NCBI GenBank assembly: GCA_000002435.2
Contig: CM018789.1
Strand: one strand, 5' to 3'
Origin: Giardia intestinalis
Taxonomy: Eukaryota
DNA length: 64,000 nt
The translations under genes were made by a program, and so were the position numbers. This document shows positions 1 to 11,500 of the stretch, one piece after another. Numbering within the stretch: position 1 is the first letter of the stretch; each line of letters begins with the position of its first letter. The notes beneath the pieces were generated by a model that saw only the letters and a program-made list of their open reading frames with translations, was not told where the DNA came from and did no database searches.

Positions 1-469
1 TAGACTTTGGATGGTAGCCATCAATAGTTCCATTATGACCTTCGAATAGCGGGGCTCCAAATGTATCTCTTCTGTTTGAGTGAGAGGTCTGTCCTTTACC
101 CCTACTTCTGCTCCTGCTTCTGCTTCTACTCCTACCTCTGCTCTTGCTTTTTTCATCTCCATATGCAGCCCCATCCGTCGGGTTGTCCTGATCTCTTATG
201 TCCAACTGTTCTTCTTGGGCTGGGGTCGATGTGTGAAGGACAAAAGTAGTTTCTGGCGATAGCTCGAGCTCGCTGCCAGTCATGCGGTCCGAAAGGAGCT
301 GCTTATTCAGGTACAGAGCTTGGCAGTCAACAGGTATTCCTGTAGCCTGAAAAATGCTCTTCTTCAGCATCCGAACTCGAACATTGGGGACGTCCTCTAC
401 TCTGACAGTAATCTTAAATTTTCTCCGTTCAGCCACGTGCACGATGGTAAACTGGAGCCGATCGCTCAT
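1..469 (-). CDS. Partial CDS (5' part only; continues past the window start): ubiquitin-like-domain protein with an RS-rich segment
   Basis: Not in the ORF track because it runs off the edge. My reverse-complement translation from an ATG (complement of cat at ~467-469) gives MSDRLQFTIVHVAERRKFKITVRVEDVPNVRVRMLKKSIFQATGIPVDCQALYLNKQLLSDRMTGSELELSPETTFVLH. This has the ubiquitin-fold pattern (GIPxDxQxLxxxxKxLxD...L.....TxxLVL). It is followed by ...SKSRGRSRSRSRSRSRGKG... and stays open to position 1. Confidence 0.45.
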   Translation of the reverse strand, partial: MSDRLQFTIVHVAERRKFKITVRVEDVPNVRVRMLKKSIFQATGIPVDCQALYLNKQLLSDRMTGSELELSPETTFVLHTSTPAQEEQLDIRDQDNPTDGAAYGDEKSKSRGRSRSRSRSRSRGKGQTSHSNRRDTFGAPLFEGHNGTIDGYHPKS

Positions 470-612
470 CAGATTTCTTCTACTTGAAATTTTACTGGTC
501 CTAATTTAGCATGCGTTGACTCGACAATGTGGCTTATAGCGAAGCAATTTACATAAACGACAATGTAAGGAAAGCATGGTTCTCAGCAGTTGCCAAGGTT
601 TGCGAAAGCTTG

Positions 613-912
613 CTAAGACGCCTTAAAGACAACAACCCCGGTCATTCCATAGGCCATAGCCAGCTTGTGCCCAACAACAGTGTCTATCGAGTATCCAAAG
701 GAGTTACCGACGCATACATGAAAGTACTGGCCAAACTTCCGGTCGAGGCTCTCCTTTATGAACCGCGCGGCCTGCTCTGGGTCACTGGGGAACTTCTCAA
801 CGGCAGTTACAATGGTTTCCGTTGCTTCGGCCCGTTCCTCCTCGTTCATATCGCATTCCACGACAAGTGGATAGTTAATGGAGCTCAAGAAATTGTCCTC
901 GTCGTCACTCAT
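613..912 (-). CDS. Dynein light chain LC8 (DYNLL family)
   Basis: C-terminal 85 aa align along their full length with LC8: FIKESLDRKFGQYFHVCVGNSFGYSIDTVVGHKLAMAYGMTGVVVFKAS versus [49 protein letters not shown]. The track ORF 613..1125 starts with TTG. I trimmed it to the ATG of MSDDEDNF (codon 72). Confidence 0.8.
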   Translation of the reverse strand: MSDDEDNFLSSINYPLVVECDMNEEERAEATETIVTAVEKFPSDPEQAARFIKESLDRKFGQYFHVCVGNSFGYSIDTVVGHKLAMAYGMTGVVVFKAS

Positions 913-960
913 TTGTAGCAGATTTTTTAGGAATTTTTGTCTCAGTACAATAAAAAGGAG

Positions 961-2370
961 ATGTTGGAAAGCGATAAGCGATTTTGCCCGCCCAATGGAC
1001 GCGCAGGGTTGGATAAGAATCAAAAGTTCATCATTACGAGAGTCCAACGAGACTCTGAGGCCGATGAGAACGCTTTCAAAGAAGGGGTAGCCGCCTATTT
1101 GAGGAATCTTCATCTTTTCGGTCAATGGGGCAACCCTAGGTATACTGCTGGAAAGGCTATCATTCCCTGCACGGACCTATTCGTGCAGAAAGTTAACACA
1201 CCAAGCGCCAAGGAAGAGCTGTCAAGAGCCCTCTGTTGCCAAATCGACTTTTCCGTTCAGCGAATTACTAAGTTAGAGTTTCTACCAGAAGTCCGTGAAC
1301 AACTAGAGCGATTCTTTGAAGCAAAGACCTGGTCTGACACTGCAAGCAACAAAAAGTGCCTGAATCTATCGTCCATTGTGGAATCCTACAAGCAATGGAT
1401 GAATATACAGCAGAAGTGCTCTAATGGCGAAGAACCACGAGACTCATTCACAGATGCCCAAGAACCTGAGCTATCCTTTGACAACATGCGTTTGGTGAAC
1501 GTGCTTACCGACTACTTAAGGGAGAATGAAATAAATGTACTAATACTGTCCAACAATAACCTGACCGATTTGAAACGCCTAACTTGCCCGACTGGATTGA
1601 AGAATGCAACAACCTTGACAAAGCTGGTGCTCACAAGTAACAATATTACCTCTTTGGAAGCACTGAAATGCCTCACATACATTAAGCAGTTGGAAACTAT
1701 TGTATTAACAGACAATCCTGTCGTCAATGATCCTGATTTCGTAAGCACACGAGATGCTCTCAAGCTCACTTGCGTCACCCAGCCCCCGCTTCCCCAGCAC
1801 TTGCCAGACGCCAAGAGCTACAGGTCCTTTAAATATCTACATGACAACATATGCATGGCTATTACGAACGGCGATACAGACATGCTTGCTGCTCCCTACA
1901 CCCTGGGTTTAGATGGCTTTGGATTTCAGCCCCCTGCGGTCTCCATCATTTACCACGTAGTAGACATGGGCGACAGGCGTGTTCCTATTCACTGTGCTGC
2001 GAACAAATATCTGCAAACAATCCACAGATTGCTTGAGGATAGGGTGTTATTTATAGATGGTAGGGCTAATATTCTTGGCACCTCTACCAGTGTCATCCAC
2101 AACCCCTACTACACTATTGAAGCCAGCAGGGTCCTACCTAACCTGGTGCGTACAACTTACATCTGTACGGGCAATGCGACCCTTCGCAAGCGTAAGCCCA
2201 GTGCAGAGACCAAAGAAATTCTGTTATCGTATGTCAGAACCCTCACCCTGATTACTCCCTGTGTCTGGGACGGATCCCTGAAGACGACCTTTGAGAAGAA
2301 TAACACTAAAGACTTTACTGGTAGAATTATTGCCGATGTGGCGCAGTTCAAGCTGTCTGAGGGCATGTGA
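961..2370 (+). CDS. Leucine-rich-repeat protein, possibly an NXF/Mex67-like mRNA export factor (LRR followed by an NTF2-like region)
   Basis: LILSNNNLTDLKRLTCPTGLKNATTLTKLVLTSNNITSLEALKCLTYIKQLETIVLTDNPVV...QPPLP follows the spacing of the NXF1/TAP LRR segment (LSNNRLYRLDDM...[30 protein letters not shown]...ELPPP). The track start is TTG, so I moved the start to the first ATG (codon 9). The 477-aa ORF is in the normal-GC region. Confidence 0.4.
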   Translation: MLESDKRFCPPNGRAGLDKNQKFIITRVQRDSEADENAFKEGVAAYLRNLHLFGQWGNPRYTAGKAIIPCTDLFVQKVNTPSAKEELSRALCCQIDFSVQRITKLEFLPEVREQLERFFEAKTWSDTASNKKCLNLSSIVESYKQWMNIQQKCSNGEEPRDSFTDAQEPELSFDNMRLVNVLTDYLRENEINVLILSNNNLTDLKRLTCPTGLKNATTLTKLVLTSNNITSLEALKCLTYIKQLETIVLTDNPVVNDPDFVSTRDALKLTCVTQPPLPQHLPDAKSYRSFKYLHDNICMAITNGDTDMLAAPYTLGLDGFGFQPPAVSIIYHVVDMGDRRVPIHCAANKYLQTIHRLLEDRVLFIDGRANILGTSTSVIHNPYYTIEASRVLPNLVRTTYICTGNATLRKRKPSAETKEILLSYVRTLTLITPCVWDGSLKTTFEKNNTKDFTGRIIADVAQFKLSEGM

Positions 2371-2773
2371 TGTCTGTGCCTCTTTAGAGAACTCGCACAT
2401 TACCAGCACACCTATAAGCTGTGCCCTGACCCAGTTTTGTACAGAAAAATGGGCACCACGTCGTCTCTACTTACCGAATACGGTGTGGACTCCCGAGCGT
2501 CGAAAGGACGTACAGTTTTCTTAGAGGTAGGAACAGATGGGTCTCAGTATGACCCAAAGCCTTCACAATACATAATCGAAGTAGCCACTGCTAAGGCGCA
2601 CTACTCTAGCGTCTACTCCCCAGAGCTAGCGAATGCATGACAAGGGTGTAGTATTTGCTTAACCCATAAGCATGGCATTAACGAATGCGCGCCTGGGCTT
2701 CACCAAAGTTTTTGAGATTTTGAGACCTGTAAACAGTGGCCCCAATGATTAGTAAAGCACAGTATGCTCCTTA

Positions 2774-5545
2774 CTACGAGCACTCATCTAACAGGTCGCT
2801 CAGTAGTTGATTTTCCTCGTGGAAGTCAGGTTTTAGAGGTCCTTCAACACCACTGCCGGTATCTCCTCCCTGCAAAATTCCGTCAACAAAGTTATCAATG
2901 TCCTTCTGGGATGGTGCTATGAGCTCTCTTGCGGCATCTGTTAGCTGCCCCTTGACCCCTGCCTTTCCTGCATTAATCTTACTTTGCGCAGTCGCTGCTG
3001 AATTTGCTTTGAGCGCTTCCATCATTTGATGCTGTTGAACAACCATTTCTTTATATTTCTGAAGCTTTCTCATTTTGGCTAATAAAGCCACGTGTTCCTT
3101 CTTTAGAGTGACCAATGCTGTCTTTTGAGATATATAGGCATTTCTTAATTCAAGAATACCTGCTTTAGCTTGATTCAGGATGGTTTTCAGACGCATAAAT
3201 TTAGAACTAGCCTCTTCCTTTTCCTTTTTAGCGCTAGCCAACTCTTTTGTTAGCTCTTCAAGACGGATAACCATGCCTTCGCTTGTGGCTTGGCACTGAT
3301 TCAGCAGAGTCGTTGTGCTCTCTACTCGCGCTGTCTCTAAAGCTAGCTGCTGTGTTAAACTTTCTACCCGCCTGGAGAGTGTGTGACACTCTTCGATAGG
3401 TACATAGTGCTTATCAAGAGTGTCACGGAAGCCTTCTATCTCTGTGCGATATTTATCTGCTTGGGATCTCACCAGTGATACGTCCTCGGCTAATAGTCCC
3501 ATTGTATTCAGTGTCTTCATGACAGACGCCTCGTAAGAGTGTCTGTACGCTTGATCCAGATCACTCACGAGTTGAAGGAGTCGATTTCTGGGAGCATCTG
3601 TAGCCAGGTCCTGAAAGCTGATTATTCCCTGCTTAATATCGTGTAAAGCACCATAGAGAGAAGAGGCTGCATTAGCCTCTAAAGCCTCATCAATATCCTG
3701 CTTCTTTTCTGCGAGGAACACTGCAGGCTCCTGCATCTTCTCCAACTCACTTTCTATCTGCTTTAAGATATCATCTACGGAGGCGAGTGAAAGGATGCTT
3801 AAAGTGTTGATTGGCCGATATAGCACTGAGCCATCAGTCTGGACATAGCACGCTTTCTCCGGATAAAAGCAAGAGGCAACTTCCTCTAAATCTAAATCCA
3901 AGCAAGTATACGAATCAGTCGTCTCGAAATTATAGGTGTCTAACTTGTCTATGTCTTCAAATACAACCTCCATGTCATTAATGGTTGCTACTCTTGCTGT
4001 TATTGGTGTCGCGCCCTTATCTGCCATTGCGTTTGAAGACATCGAAGACCTAGCCTCTGGCCACAAAGCTACGTCTTGAGGACACCTAAAGATGCTTTGA
4101 GATAAATTAGATAATGAATGAGCAGGCATAGGACTGGTGTTTGCTACGCGTGTGCTGACTGGAACTGCTGGTGTTCTTTCTGTAAAGGTTGCACTGAGAG
4201 ATAGGGGCGACAAGGCAATACTTTGTAGGCAGTGCTCGCTGCCAGATGATGAGAATGCTAGTTTCTTTAGCTCTGGCTCAGTTAGCTCTGTGCCAGATAA
4301 CCTATGTGCCCCACTCTCTGCAGTTAAATATTCTAACGACCCTGCATTTGCCTCAAGACTTCTGCATCGCTCTTCTAGCTCTCTGACTCTGATTGCAAGC
4401 TGCTGCCGTTCTGTTTCTAGACGAATCATTGCATTGTTTTCTGCTAAGACTTCATTGGAGTGGACCCTCATCTCTATGGAGGATGCGTTGCTGGCGTACC
4501 TGAGTGTGCTTAGTGTTTCCTCTATGTGTTCGCTTGCCAAGCTTATGCATGCTATCATTGTTGTGTAGCAGTTTCCCTGGAGGCTAGTTTGTAAGATTTT
4601 AGTTAGATTGGAATCACGGTAGGGAACGTGAGCGGCATTCGATGTGATAGCAGAAAAAACACGCCCCAGAGTCAGTAAGCTCTTATTAATATTATTTGCT
4701 TCTTTGAAGCGCTCTCCAATTGCATTTGTTTTTACCTGGCGCTCCGATCCAGCAAGATCTACTATGGTAAGTGTTGCAGTTCTATAGGAGATGTCGTAGT
4801 CGCTTAGCTTTTCAATGCTGTCAGGTGGAGGAAGCTTGTTTGCCTTGACTAGCTCATCAAGGAGAGCTGTATCAACCGACTCTATGGTAAGCCGTGCAAT
4901 AGCATGCGATCTTGATGAAACTGTGTTCAGATCTGTGGCAGCAACTTCACGAAGCCGGTTCCCGAACCGTAGGTAGGACAACACGTCCTCCAGGGAACCA
5001 ACTCGCTTTTCCACGCATGAAACTTGCATAGAATGCTTTGTATACCTGATCTCCAACCTATGCTTCTCACCCGCAAGGAGATCCTTGAGTTCTTCATTAT
5101 ATAACTCCCAGTACGTAAAGTAAACAACAAAAAATCGATTGGTAACGGATTGTAAGTTGTTGAAGAGATCTTTCACACACAGTGGCAAAATCCCGGGGCA
5201 GGTGTGTTCTAGAGATGAAGTTGACGAAGAATTAGCCTCCAAACAGTCGCCGAAGATAGTGAATGTCTTTCCTGAGCAGCTCTGACCGTATGCAAAGCAC
5301 GTACAGTTATACCCTTCTACAATGTGAGCCGCAAAATTGGCCATTGTCTGTGCATAGAGCTCACGCGTTGTCACACTGGGATCGTAGACACCATCAAAGC
5401 TAAAGCGCTGAAGCGACGCGCCCTGGTGTTTGGAAGTTTCTAAAGGTGATATCGTATTGTCGGAAACAATCCAGGCAGGCTTTTGCTCTGAGGATACCAG
5501 TGGGCGGACCCTGACTAGTACTGATATCTTGTTGGTAATCTCCAT
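2774..5545 (-). CDS. Kinesin-like motor protein (N-terminal motor, C-terminal coiled coil)
   Basis: Motor-domain motifs are present: VLVRVRPL, the P-loop FAYGQSCSGKTFTIFG, switch II DLAGSERQ, and NINKSLLTLGRVFSAI. A long heptad-rich tail follows. The track M is TTG, so I set the start at the ATG two codons downstream (MEITNK). Confidence 0.85.
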   Translation of the reverse strand: MEITNKISVLVRVRPLVSSEQKPAWIVSDNTISPLETSKHQGASLQRFSFDGVYDPSVTTRELYAQTMANFAAHIVEGYNCTCFAYGQSCSGKTFTIFGDCLEANSSSTSSLEHTCPGILPLCVKDLFNNLQSVTNRFFVVYFTYWELYNEELKDLLAGEKHRLEIRYTKHSMQVSCVEKRVGSLEDVLSYLRFGNRLREVAATDLNTVSSRSHAIARLTIESVDTALLDELVKANKLPPPDSIEKLSDYDISYRTATLTIVDLAGSERQVKTNAIGERFKEANNINKSLLTLGRVFSAITSNAAHVPYRDSNLTKILQTSLQGNCYTTMIACISLASEHIEETLSTLRYASNASSIEMRVHSNEVLAENNAMIRLETERQQLAIRVRELEERCRSLEANAGSLEYLTAESGAHRLSGTELTEPELKKLAFSSSGSEHCLQSIALSPLSLSATFTERTPAVPVSTRVANTSPMPAHSLSNLSQSIFRCPQDVALWPEARSSMSSNAMADKGATPITARVATINDMEVVFEDIDKLDTYNFETTDSYTCLDLDLEEVASCFYPEKACYVQTDGSVLYRPINTLSILSLASVDDILKQIESELEKMQEPAVFLAEKKQDIDEALEANAASSLYGALHDIKQGIISFQDLATDAPRNRLLQLVSDLDQAYRHSYEASVMKTLNTMGLLAEDVSLVRSQADKYRTEIEGFRDTLDKHYVPIEECHTLSRRVESLTQQLALETARVESTTTLLNQCQATSEGMVIRLEELTKELASAKKEKEEASSKFMRLKTILNQAKAGILELRNAYISQKTALVTLKKEHVALLAKMRKLQKYKEMVVQQHQMMEALKANSAATAQSKINAGKAGVKGQLTDAARELIAPSQKDIDNFVDGILQGGDTGSGVEGPLKPDFHEENQLLSDLLDECS

Positions 5546-5598
5546 TGGCAATGGGAGGAAGGGTGTTGAAGCCTTCTGTCTGGCTTTTTAATTTCAAT

Positions 5599-8500
5599 TC
5601 ATCCAGATCCCTTGGAAAGTAGATTTGTAGAGTAAAGTCCCAGGTAAAGCCTTCGTTCAGCAGGCGAAAGACATCTGAAGTTGAAGCGTGGGATTGAAAA
5701 AGGTAAATCAGGATTTTCATAAACAGTTGAAAAATTAATATGAGGTTCTGATGGCCGGGTATCAATTATGTTGATGTCTTTATACAAGCAATTGGCTATT
5801 AGAAAATCCAGATGCTTGCAAATGGCTACATACTTTGTGATGAAATTGCACCACATGATGGCATAATTGTTGAAAATAAAGGGATACCCATTTCCTCTGA
5901 AAAGATTTAATTTTCTAATGAAGGTTGCAAAATCCCCGTTTGAATACTGAGGAACTTCCAGTGCTTGTATCTTCATAACCCTTGTTATCATTCGCATTCC
6001 TCGGATTTTATATTTTGACAGATCCGCACGTGCTCTAATCAACTGTTGGAAGGCTTCTATCGGCTTCTCTGTCATATATATGTCGTTTAACAGTTCTACA
6101 AACAGATCCAACATCATATTGGCTCCCTCTAACTCTTTCTGTGCTAGACCATATATTTGATCGGATTGTGATAGTGTAGAATTGGGTTGAATGTCTGATA
6201 AATCAAAAGTATATACGGAGCTAAAGATGTCATAGATTGTAATAGAGGCCAGTGGTTCCATTTTCCTTGCTTCAGCTAATAACAGATTGCGCTGTGTATG
6301 TGCTTGTAAGACTAGGTGGGGCGCCGGATGCTCTACCTGCTTGTCTGGTTTTTCTAGAGATGTTCTACCTAGAAGACGAAGCCTGTTATAGCTTTCTATA
6401 TATCTATCACTCCTATCTATCTCTTCCTGAGGTACTACTGAATTAGCGACATATAAGCTAGAAGTAATGGGAAGTGACTCCACAGGTTCAGTTGTAAGAC
6501 GGTCACCATCGTCAGTGTTCACAAGAATCTCACTTGGGGCAGAGGACGGTGGGACTTCGGCGTGCTTTGGCACAGTCTCATTTGTCAGTATTGGGTCGGA
6601 ACTTGATCGATGTACAGGCAAGACACCAGCAGGAGGGCCTGGTAAATTGATCAAGTGCACTCTCCGGCTGCTCGTTGATGGTGGGGGTACTCTTGGTGGA
6701 GGTGGGGGTAGCAATCCTATAGTTGTCACACCTGCAGTACTTTGTGGACCGCTAAGGCTATTAGGTGCATGCATCACATTCCTTAATGGGCTAATTTTCC
6801 TTTCTGATGACAATCTATGGAGAATATTTCCTTTGACAGAAAGACTGGATTGGGATTCAGAATCGGACTCATTTAGATCCTCAGATTGCAACAAACTATA
6901 ATCCGGTAAAAACTGATATGCAGGGGTATCTGTAATAGTTGAGGAGTCAGAGCTGAGATCTAATATCTGGAGACTAGAACGCTGGGAAGCATCTATCTTC
7001 TGTAATCCTTTATCAAAGTGCTGTGCTTCGACTACGCTTTGCACTCCTGTTGTGGCAACAGCCGAATGTTCCTTCATGCACAAATTCACACCTATGAGCG
7101 TGGCGGAGCTTTCGGCTGTAGATTCAGTTGCCATCCTAAGGCTTTCAGAACTGCTAGAACTGGTCAGCACGTTCCCAGGCCTCTCATCTACAGCATGACT
7201 AGAAGACGCCAATATTCGAGAATGCCTAGGAAGCTTTTCTAGTAATTTCAGTGACTCCCGCAATGGTGAGTTGTTCGCATGCTCTGTTTGCGTCAGTGGA
7301 CTAGACCTTACTTGCATAGATAGTGTATGCTGTTTGGATTCATTACAACCATACATTTGACGAAACTGCCTGTATCGCTCTAAAACATTGTTCTTCTCTA
7401 ATGTAGATTCATTGTATTGGTACTTTGTACCTTCACGTGAGTCCTTTTGATGATATAACAGCCTTCTCAATTGAGATGTGTTGTGGACTTGTGCATTATT
7501 AAGTCGTTGTATTGAAGATTGGAAAGCGGCATCTTGTGCATACTCTGGGATGGGGCTGGACGCTATTGAAGCTGTACACAACTGCGCAGGAAAGACTGGC
7601 TGCAATGTTTTCTTATTGTCTGGGTTGAGCCGTTTGTGTATGCCACTCAAATTAAGTGCTTTGAAATCTATTTCTGCTTCCCCTACTCCATGGTCCGGTG
7701 GCAAGTTACGCTTAGGTGAGCCGCGAAAAGGTTGTTGTGATACTTTACTATCAGCAGTACATGGCTTAGTACTAGTGTCCACCATTTGGTCGGCCCGAGG
7801 AAGCTCTACCTTAACCAAATTATTTAGTTGCTCACGTAAAGGATTCAGTAGTAGTGGGGGATCAGAAGTAAGCTCGCTTGGGGATGTCTTGCTATCACAC
7901 TTTCTGGATATCTCACGTTGGGAAAACAAGAGAGATCCAATGGATGCTAATACAGACGGATTTTCGGCCTCCTTTGTATCATTACATACGTTCTCAAAGA
8001 AATATGGGTTGGTATCAGCGATGTAACTGGTCTCAACATTAACTGGCGATGGCATATTGGGCATAGACAGCTTATCTTGCCTGTACCTGTATGCCTTATA
8101 AGGGCTCTGGCTCCTAGGTGGAATATTAGTTCGTGGCTTCCGCGGCAGATCAACTGAGGGATCAGGGCTAAGCACGTGGAGATCTCGCTGAATTTGCATT
8201 GTGGTTTCACTAAAATCTTCAATAGCATATGGTTGCGCTATTGAAGATTCATAGGACTTTGAAATAGGAGGATTGATTTGCTGCATATAATCAAGTTCCT
8301 TCTCAATATTAACAACAACTGTCAAGGTATCCAGCTCTGTATCGCTACTAGAACTGAAGAGGTCGTGCTTTTGTGAGGATGGTATGTTCTCCTTCTTCCA
8401 AAGGTTCTCCAGGGAGCTCAGCATCTGCTGTACTTGGCGATCCTTATGCAGCCTATGCCCTCCAGCGTTAGCTATATTGCGTACTGCTTTTAGTCTTGCC

Positions 8501-11500
8501 TTCTTTGGCTTGCTTACTTCCGGCTCGCTCATAGCATTTGATCGATAATCCTCCAATCGATAGAGCTCCATAACTTCATTAGTTGAGAACAACTCTTTCG
8601 AGGATCTTTCCTTTGATGATGGTCGTTGGCTTAGTGGAGGTAATGCTCGTCTCTTTCTGCTTTTGCAGAAACAGTCCGACATATCAACCAACTCTCCTAC
8701 TGTACCAGCCTCCTGTTGTAACTTATCACTCGGCACAGTAATGCTAGAGATGCCCAGCATGTCGTCTGGATTGAATTCGTAATCGGAGCACTCTTCAGAA
8801 CCATGCATCTTACGAGATTTTTTAGGTACTAGAACAACCTTACGTCCACCTCGCCGCATCCTCCGTGCAATCATTCGAACTGTGGTCGAGTGGGAGTCAT
8901 CACCATCGCTTCTTGTATCCTTATCTTTAGATGCTTCCATAAGCAGCCCCGTATGACTAACTTGGCTATTGTTTAGAGAAATCGACCTATGAGAAATATC
9001 CGGAGATTCCTTGGGTAGAGTTGATTGCTGGAGGATACCTGGAGTTACCAGTGTTGGCAAACCCGAGTTATAGTATTTCATGTTAGACGCAGCATCTACC
9101 TTGCGCTCATCAGTTGGAAATCTGGTAAAGACTGATCCTTTTAGTCCTTTTGGAGCTAATCCTTGAGAATAGATCACGTTCATAGATCCTTCAGCATGCT
9201 GTTGTAGCGAGCTATCGGTATTTTTAAGTGTTGTTGAGCTTTGACTGCGTCCAGAGGTGGCACAGGATGCTATAGAAGAAACAGAAGCAGAATAGATATC
9301 TTGAACTGAAAAGCGAGGAGTGCTCATTTCTGTGTCCCGTAACTGCATGGGACGCCTAAGTGCCCTGGTGGGAGACGGACTAGCAGAAAGAGCCTTTTCA
9401 AAAAGCAGTTGCTTTTGACGAAGCTTCATTTCAACAGCAATAGTAAGCTCTGATAAAGCTCGATGTGTAGAAGATACCTTTCCTAGGTTCAAAGATGTCT
9501 TCTTTAAAAGAGTCTTTTTATCTTTGACAACCTTCTTAAGTCGTTGCACAGAGGATTGTATCCTTGAAAGGTATAGTTGTGTATATTGATACAAGGGCAA
9601 GAGGGAATCCATGATAGCTTTTATTGCCTCTATATGGTCCACATATAGCAGCTCAGAATGGGACTTAGAAAAGCTGAATACGAACTTTCGCATATCGTGC
9701 CCATATCGCTTAATATATTCATATTCTACTTCCTGGTTGGTTATCTTTATAGCCTCACTCCCATGGCGACTCTGACGGGACGCCCTTGCTAAGGCGTAGA
9801 GGTCCTTCTTGATGGCAGATTTTAGTTGCGCTATCTTGTGTTGAACTCTTAGCTGAGCACTATGTTGTGCTATGATATCTGCTATATCATTGTAGAAGAA
9901 CTCGGACTGGTCTAAAATATGTTGCAATTCATCAATGGCAAGAAGAAGATCCGGTTGGATCATGTAGATGGAATTGTATGTCAATTCTGCATAGCCTAAT
10001 GTAACCTCCTCCTCACTTTCAACCTCGGTAGTATGCGTATGAGAAAGAGCAGATCCAATGAGTCTCGGAGATGATATGCCTTCACTAATCACATTCTGTG
10101 TTCCAGAGCCGAGTATAACAACCATGCCCTTTTGCTTTTCTAGAGCCATATACACCTCTGGTGGAAAAGAAATTACGGTAGAATTTGGCCGGCGAAACCC
10201 TAAGTATGATCTTGCATCAATCAGATCTTGATGGAGGTGCTTTGGAAGCTGCTTGATAAGATATTGACGATATGGATCAATGGTCAAGGCAGTTGCTAAT
10301 GACTCTGTAATGACTTCACATAGGGATTTGTTGATAGATGATTCTAATAATGATCCTTGTGATTCCTCCATCAAATGTCTCGGTGTATTCTTACGTGTAT
10401 TAGTGCGAGGCGATGGCAACATGCGGGTGATTTTACCATCAGAAGCTCCACTCTCATAGTCGGCCTTTCCGCGAAGAAGAGATGTGAAGCTAGAGCAGCT
10501 TTTATTATCTATCGGATTGGTTTCCTCAAAGCTCCCAGTAACACTCTCCTGGTTCTGATGTCCATATGTAGAGACTGACTCTATAAAATCTGTGCAGACA
10601 TTAGCGATGGTATCCAATTCATAACTGGGGTTGCGCTGTAATTCCACAGGTTTGCGCTTCCGGGTATCCATCTTCTCCTTCGCAAGCAGGCCAGCTGCCA
10701 AGTCTCTCATGGCGCTGTACATATCAGTATAGCTGGTATCTGTAGTTGATATAGAGGACGGCTTGGACTGCCTTCCAGAACTAAATACAGTAACATCTGT
10801 TAACATAGGATTAAAGCGCTTTTGGGAGAGTCTGGCGGTACACCCTAAGATGTCTTGCTTCAGTACTTCCAAAAGAGAGCACAGCCGAAGGTCGGCAGTG
10901 ACTGCCAAGAAACGATCGTGGATTGCATGATCCTGCTGTACATGTAGTTCATCAAGATTGTTCTGGTATTGTGCCCGAAGAAGGTCGATCAAACTGGTAA
11001 AAAAGGTTGTGAGGTTATGCTCCTGCCCTTTGTCCTGTAGATTGATGTCCTTTATATCAGAAATCAGGCTATCTGAACATACTCGTCTTTGCTCCAGTAA
11101 GGACCGTAGCACTTTGCGCAGTGCATTAGTATCGTTATTTGTTAGGGCTTTGGTCAATTCCTCGGTCATATCTTCCGGTATGTGAGGAAGGTCTGCAGCG
11201 TGCTTTATAGATCTATACTTCTCATTTTTCTGCTTGATTATGCCATGAACTTTATTAAGCATGAGGTCCCCTTGCTGCTGAAGCAAATGTATTTGGTTAT
11301 CTGTGTACGATAATGTTCCCAACTGCTGCTCACGGTACTCCTTAATGATGTCTGATTCGCCCTCCATAACCTTCGGCTTCTCGTCTATATAATTTTGTAA
11401 TGTGTCCATATCCCTTGAGGCTATGATATCGAAATCTGCAAGTATCTTACGCAACCTGTTTGCCTCACTGGACTCTATCTTGACCACTTTTTGAACTGAC

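Noticed and set aside
529-918. 129-aa + strand ORF
   Set aside because: It lies entirely antisense to the well-supported dynein light chain LC8 gene. Its start is GTG and it has no recognisable features.
613-1125. Upstream 71-codon extension of the dynein LC ORF, and a possible intron in the dynein light chain gene
   Set aside because: The extension starts at TTG and is junk-like. It overlaps the N-terminus of the divergent LRR/NXF-like gene. The LC8 homology is complete within 613-912, and I see no GTATGT...ACTAACACAG-type Giardia intron signals.
4137-4568. 143-aa + ORF, plus the 67-aa and 121-aa ORFs at 4927-5765
   Set aside because: They are antisense to, or overlap, the kinesin gene and the giant gene. 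They begin with non-ATG codons.
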